Source: Planctomycetota bacterium (GTDB lineage: Bacteria; Planctomycetota; Phycisphaerae; WQYP01). From it: a stretch of DNA of 64,000 nt. Numbering within the stretch: position 1 is the first letter of the stretch; each line of letters begins with the position of its first letter. Location: the NCBI GenBank assembly GCA_021831565.1, contig JAKBMM010000008.1:11964-75963 (forward strand). Direction: 5' to 3'. Under the pieces are notes generated by a model. It was not told the DNA's origin, made no database searches, and saw nothing but the letters and a program-made list of their open reading frames with translations. The position numbers and the translations under genes are program-made. Positions 59,476 through 64,000 of the stretch are shown here, piece after piece.

Positions 59476-60604
59476 ATGGTACGGGAAAATATGGATGTCT
59501 CCCTGGCTTCCCTGGAGGCGCGGGTCGCAAAAATCCGCGACTCTCTTTGACGTGGAACGCAAAGAGCGGCGCGCCGGTGAGCTGGAACAGCTGATGGGTG
59601 CCGCCGATTTCTGGAATAACCGGCAACAGGCGCAAAAAACCATCCGGGAACTTCAAACTCTCCAGGCGGTTCTTAATCCCTTTCGGGCGGTGGAAAAGGC
59701 CGTGGAGGAAATCCGTCTCATGATCGAGCTGGGACGCCAAGGCCCCGACGAATCGCTCTTGGAAGAGGCTGACCGGGAACTCGCGCGGCAGACCGCGGCT
59801 CTGGAAGCGGTGGAACTCCAGGCGCTGTTCACCGGCCCACATGACGCCGCCGATTGCTACGTTCAAATTCACGCCGGCGCCGGGGGAACCGAAGCCTGCG
59901 ACTGGGCTGCAATGATATTACGCATGTATCTGCGATATTTTGAACGCCGCGGCTGGGATGTCAGCGAAGTCGACCGGCTGGACGGCGAACAAGCCGGTGT
60001 CCGCGGAGTCACGCTGCTGGTCAAAGGTCCTTACGCCACCGGTACGCTCAACTGCGAAGTGGGCGTGCATCGACTGGTGCGCGTCAGCCCGTTCGACGCC
60101 AACGCCCGCCGCCACACCAGTTTCGCCAGCGTGGACGTCACCCCCGTGTTTGAAGACGTTGATAAAGATATGCCGATACCGGAGAACGACTTGGACATCG
60201 TCGCCTTTGTTCGCGCCAGCGGTCCCGGTGGGCAGAACGTCAACAAAGTGGCTTCCGCCGTGCGCATCACGCACAAACCCACCGGTATCCAGGTGGTCTG
60301 CACCAGCGAGCGCTCGCAGATTCAGAACCGGGCGCTGGCCCTGGACTTGATCAAGGCCCGCCTGCGTAAACTGGAAGAAGCCCGGCGCGACGCCGAGCTG
60401 GCCCGGCTCTATGGTGAAAAGGGGGAAATCGCCTTTGGTTCGCAGATTCGCAGCTATGTTCTCGATGATCGCCGGGTGAAAGATCACCGCAATGGCTATG
60501 AGGTGTTTCAACCCGATCGCGTGCTGGATGGCGACATTCAGGGATTTATCGACGCCCAGCTTCGCCATCAGGTCGCGCAGCGCCAAGGGCGGCCGCGGAA
60601 TTAG
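59476..60604 (+). CDS. prfB: peptide chain release factor 2, programmed +1 frameshift
   Basis: SD AAGGAG, ATG 59476, MVRENMDVSLASLEARVAKIRDSL then CTT TGA C (59545-59551); the +1 frame continues DVERKE... with SPF and GGQ motifs. Confidence 0.96.
59545..59551 (+). other. RF2 programmed +1 frameshift site CTT-TGA-C
   Basis: In-frame CTT (codon 24) followed by TGA C; the +1 frame is the long RF2 ORF. Confidence 0.93.
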
Positions 60605-60650
60605 CTCTCCAGCGCAAGGCAACTTCCAGCGCGATTCGGCAACCCCGGAA

Positions 60651-61406
60651 TTAGCGGTTTTCATGCCGTCTTGGACGTTCCCCGCGCCTCCATGGCGACA
60701 ATTTTCGACGATCTTGCGCTGCCGTGTTAGTTTCAATATCCCGCCGCGGGGTCCGGCAATGATAAACGCCGCCGGGGGGCACGTTCATGGGCACGAGCTG
60801 AAAAGATACTTCGTGGAAAAACCGGCGATAGTAACCAAGATAATACCACGGGATTTCCGTGATATTGCTAAAGGTTCCCTGGGGATGGAGATATTGGACA
60901 ATCGCCTTGAACATGTCTGTTCGCGTCGCGTCCGGCAACGACGGCGTGGCCAGACCGCTGATAAAATAATCCACATGGCGCCGTACCAGGCCTTGCGTGC
61001 GGAGAATATCGCCCAGATTGCTCACGTCGCCATGCACAATGGTAACGCCGGGACTGGCGGAAAAGCGCGACCGCAGGATGTGAACAAAGTCACGATCCCG
61101 CTCGATGGAGATCAGCCGGCTACGGGATGGCAGGCGGCGGCTGATTTGCTCCGTGATCGGACCGGTTCCGGCGCCCAGCTCCACAATGACTTGGGCGCAA
61201 TCCCATTGCACCTGCCGCAGGCTCGCCATCGCCATGGCGCGGCTTGAAGGCCAGATGGAAGCGATTCGCCGGCCTTGCCGGAAGAACTTGCTCAGGAAAA
61301 GCAGATGGTCACGGATGCGGGCTGGCTTTCCACCCATCGCGGAGAACTCTTCGTCGCGGACGGGAGAATCCTGTTCAACTTCAACAGCAGGACCGGATGT
61401 CGTCAT
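60651..61406 (-). CDS. class I SAM-dependent lipid N-methyltransferase (PmtA/OlsG-like)
   Basis: LFLSKFFRQGRRIASIWPSS N-terminal motif, motif I VELGAGTG, IERD, HGD, ISGL, NVPPGGVY. Confidence 0.78.
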   Translation of the reverse strand: MTTSGPAVEVEQDSPVRDEEFSAMGGKPARIRDHLLFLSKFFRQGRRIASIWPSSRAMAMASLRQVQWDCAQVIVELGAGTGPITEQISRRLPSRSRLISIERDRDFVHILRSRFSASPGVTIVHGDVSNLGDILRTQGLVRRHVDYFISGLATPSLPDATRTDMFKAIVQYLHPQGTFSNITEIPWYYLGYYRRFFHEVSFQLVPMNVPPGGVYHCRTPRRDIETNTAAQDRRKLSPWRRGERPRRHENR

Positions 61407-61514
61407 AATAAAACCGCCGTTATTTTATATTTTTTCTGGATAACAAACCTTCGCCGCGGCGAATTTTTCGACACGCCTGGGTGAGTATGTTCCCGGAAGC
61501 AGGTTGGATTTCTT

Positions 61515-62432
61515 CTAACCGCCGCCCCCCGGAACCGGAACTGTTTGTGGGAGCCGTGCGGGGGTAAGAGCGGTCGGATTTGCGGGGGCGACCTGCTCGG
61601 AGGCCGGCACGTAGGGATTGTAGCGAAGCTTGACCGGCAATATATAAATATCGACGCGCCTGTTAAGTTGGTTACCGTGATGGTGGGGAGCGTTCGGCGC
61701 GATGGGATGCGTTTTACCCCACCCGGCCACCTGCATCCGCCGGTCGACCACGCCATCCTTCCGCAGTACATACATAACCGCGATGGCCCGGTTCGTCGAC
61801 AGGTACCAGTTCGTCGGATTCATGACCGTGGACGGGCTGCGGCGGATGGGCACGTCGTCGGTGTTGCCGACGATGCGAATCTCGTTGTCGGATATGGCAT
61901 TCATGTTGAGAATGGACGCGAACCGCCGCAACGCCGCACGGGCGGCCGGGCGCACCTTGGCGCTCCCCAGCGCAAAGAGCAGGTCGCTCTTGAAACGCAA
62001 CAGGCCAAGTTTCTTGTTGAACTGGAGCATGCTGGGGTATTGCTCGGCCAGGCGCTCCAGGGCGTGGTTGACTGCGCGGGGCAAATGAGGAGCGCCGCCG
62101 GCCAGAGCCATCAGCCTGTTGTACTGCGCCTGGAGTTTTGCCAGCCGCGCCTGCAGCGCATTGCGTTCTTGAAGCAATGCCGCCGAGCCTCCTCCCTGGG
62201 CGTGCAGAAGGGCGTCCTTTTCGGCGATCTGTTGCTTAAGCCCCGCAATTTGCCGCCTTAAGCGAGTCAGATCGTTTTGCGCCGCGGCGAGCTGGGCCTT
62301 GGCCTGGTCGAACGCGGTCTGCAACCGCTGATAGTGATTTTCGGATACACAGCCGCCGACGCCGATGAGGCCCGCCGCCAGGCCGGCCAACGCCAGGGTT
62401 CGCGAAATACGCGGGAACAACATACGAGCCAT
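61515..62432 (-). CDS. OmpA/MotB-family lipoprotein with N-terminal coiled coil
   Basis: SD GGAGA; lipobox VGGC; coiled coil; SDLLFALGSA, IVGNTDD, NWYLSTNRA, NRRVDI. Confidence 0.85.
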   Translation of the reverse strand: MARMLFPRISRTLALAGLAAGLIGVGGCVSENHYQRLQTAFDQAKAQLAAAQNDLTRLRRQIAGLKQQIAEKDALLHAQGGGSAALLQERNALQARLAKLQAQYNRLMALAGGAPHLPRAVNHALERLAEQYPSMLQFNKKLGLLRFKSDLLFALGSAKVRPAARAALRRFASILNMNAISDNEIRIVGNTDDVPIRRSPSTVMNPTNWYLSTNRAIAVMYVLRKDGVVDRRMQVAGWGKTHPIAPNAPHHHGNQLNRRVDIYILPVKLRYNPYVPASEQVAPANPTALTPARLPQTVPVPGGGG

Positions 62433-62817
62433 TGCAATGTCTCCAATATACTTCATATCGCCACGTGGCTTCCCTGAGCAGTTTGAACGAAAGGAGCCGA
62501 TAAGTAAAGGCTGCCCGCCGCTTCCTTGTGCATTCCCTGTCCTCTTGTAGCCATTCACGCCCCGGATGTATTTCGCGTACATCCCGGCGGGCACGGGTTT
62601 TCCCGGTGTGCCGGGACCGCCAATCACCGCGCCGCCCCAGCTACGCAGCCGCGTGGATCACAATCCCGCGGCCGTTTTTCGCGCCGCCGTGAACGGTTAC
62701 GTCCTCTTTAATTTCCCCCCGCATCATACAACGACGCATCCGCCGATATATTGCGGCTCGGACGCGGCTTCCCCGCGCGGCGGCAAAGGCCCTTCTACTT
62801 CGCCCGCTTCCGAAGGG

Positions 62818-63855
62818 CTATCGCGAACCAGCCTTGCCGGCGAAAAATCCGACGAACGCGATCATAGCCGAAAGCGCCGCCAGCAGCCCAACGAACAACC
62901 ACAGATTCGTCGCCAGCGACGGAACCCACTTCGGGGTGAAGCCTTCAATGGCTGTCAGGGCGACTAGCAGGGTCAGTCCCATGATCAGAATGGCCGCCAG
63001 TGCAGCGCCGCCGAAAAGACCGGCCATTGGGTCCGGCATCTCGACAATCGGCGATATTCCCGCCGCCGCGACCTGGGCGACGGGGGCGGCTTCCATAGCC
63101 ACGGAAGCTACCGCCGGTTCGGTCGCCGGTAAAGTGGTCTGATCAAAAATTCCCGATGCGCCCGCTCCCATGCCGATCCGCGAACTTCCGCTCTGGTCCC
63201 CGGGATATATTTCTTCCAGCAGTTCAGCGCCGAGGCTGGTGTTGTCGCTTTCCCGAGTCAAGTCCAGGAGACCCGAACCGCTGCTCATGGCGGTGTCCGG
63301 TCCCGAGGGCAAAACGGCTTCGTCCAGAGGTTGCGATATCTGTGTTTGCGCGCTGGTGTCCGTGGCCCTAAGCTCGTATTCCTCAAATACGCGCATACCT
63401 GACGCCGAGGCCTTACTACCGGTTCCCGATCCGCCGGCCGCTGCGCTGCCGATCGCGGAACCGCCGGTCGCGCTGCCGCCCGGCACGGCGGTTCCCAAAG
63501 AACCGCTCCCCGCCGACAGCGCTGTTTTGGTATCACCGGAGCTATCGCCGGGCGCGGGCTTGCCGGCCGGTGGAGAAGGTATGTCGCTTGCGGTCATAGG
63601 CGCCAATTCAATCGGCCCTTCGCCGCCCCCGCCGTCCCCGCCGTCCCCGCCGTCCCCGCCGTCCCCGCCGTCCCCGCCGCCTCCGCCACCTCCGCTCTGG
63701 CTGGCCAATTGATCGACCTGATCCATTTTGAACACGATGCGATTGCCATCGCGGAACTCCCGCAGTTTGTTGCCATCAACAAGCTCCTTGAGCTTGTTTA
63801 CGGGTACATTAAGCTTCGCCGCGGTTTCCTCCGCACTGTAGAATATCTTTCCCAT
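62818..63855 (-). CDS. N-terminal HTH (excisionase/HTH_17-like) protein with disordered linker and two C-terminal TM helices
   Basis: MGKIFYSAEETAAKL...GNKLREFRDGNRIVFK; G/S-rich linker; SGSGLLDLTRESDNTSLGAELLEEIY; two hydrophobic helices. Confidence 0.8.
   Translation of the reverse strand: MGKIFYSAEETAAKLNVPVNKLKELVDGNKLREFRDGNRIVFKMDQVDQLASQSGGGGGGGDGGDGGDGGDGGDGGGGEGPIELAPMTASDIPSPPAGKPAPGDSSGDTKTALSAGSGSLGTAVPGGSATGGSAIGSAAAGGSGTGSKASASGMRVFEEYELRATDTSAQTQISQPLDEAVLPSGPDTAMSSGSGLLDLTRESDNTSLGAELLEEIYPGDQSGSSRIGMGAGASGIFDQTTLPATEPAVASVAMEAAPVAQVAAAGISPIVEMPDPMAGLFGGAALAAILIMGLTLLVALTAIEGFTPKWVPSLATNLWLFVGLLAALSAMIAFVGFFAGKAGSR
63632..63676. repeat. 9-bp tandem repeat (CCGTCCCCG)x5, in frame, encoding (GGD)5
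   Basis: Five exact units read directly, plus a degenerate unit at 63623-63631. Confidence 0.92.
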
Positions 63856-64000
63856 AACAAACTCCTTTCTTGTTCGTTCCGCGTGCTGCCATCCGCGGGG
63901 CAATAGCACCTGCCCCGCAAATGTATGCCGGGCGGCGTCTTGATGGCAAGGCGCCGGTAGGCGTTCACCCCTGATTATTTTATCATCAGTCCGACGGCAT

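Noticed and set aside
59548..59550. prfB as a pseudogene or sequencing frameshift
   Set aside because: CTT TGA C at codon 24-25 is the known programmed RF2 frameshift position

Overview
GC-rich bacterial chromosomal window made up mostly of housekeeping and cell-envelope genes. It carries the end of a MacB-type ABC permease plus TolC, pyc, tpx, argC, pepP-accB-accC, a sugar ABC importer, coaD, galE, dacB, carB-tpiA-secG-yicC-gmk, a PAS/GGDEF/EAL protein, a nucleoside-type ABC importer, RNase HI, serS, an LptD-like protein, deoC, rpsP-trmD-rplS, a short dcw block (ftsL-like, ftsI, murE, murF, mraY), a +1-frameshifted prfB, a lipid methyltransferase, an OmpA/MotB lipoprotein and a membrane-anchored HTH protein. 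Gene order and protein style point to Planctomycetota, probably Phycisphaerae, and possibly an acidophile (inference only, no database search run). I found no rRNA, tRNA, CRISPR array, transposase, integrase, prophage or recognisable defence locus. The most notable unexplained signals are: (i) at least seven copies of a ~20-bp palindrome (ATCCCGATAGCYATCGGGAT-like), two of which contain gene stop codons; (ii) other miniature repeats (TAAG-capped palindromes, a 126-bp MITE-like element, a 39-bp repeat bracketing pepP-accB-accC); (iii) a prfB frameshift site lacking the usual internal Shine-Dalgarno stimulator; (iv) a peptidoglycan/division toolkit without ftsZ/ftsA/ftsW in the window (short dcw block, TPR-SPOR lipoprotein, bitopic double-LysM protein, DacB with KDG in place of KTG). 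I cannot claim a new system from sequence alone; (i) and (iv) are the best candidates. Start codons were chosen by eye from SD position and protein N-termini.
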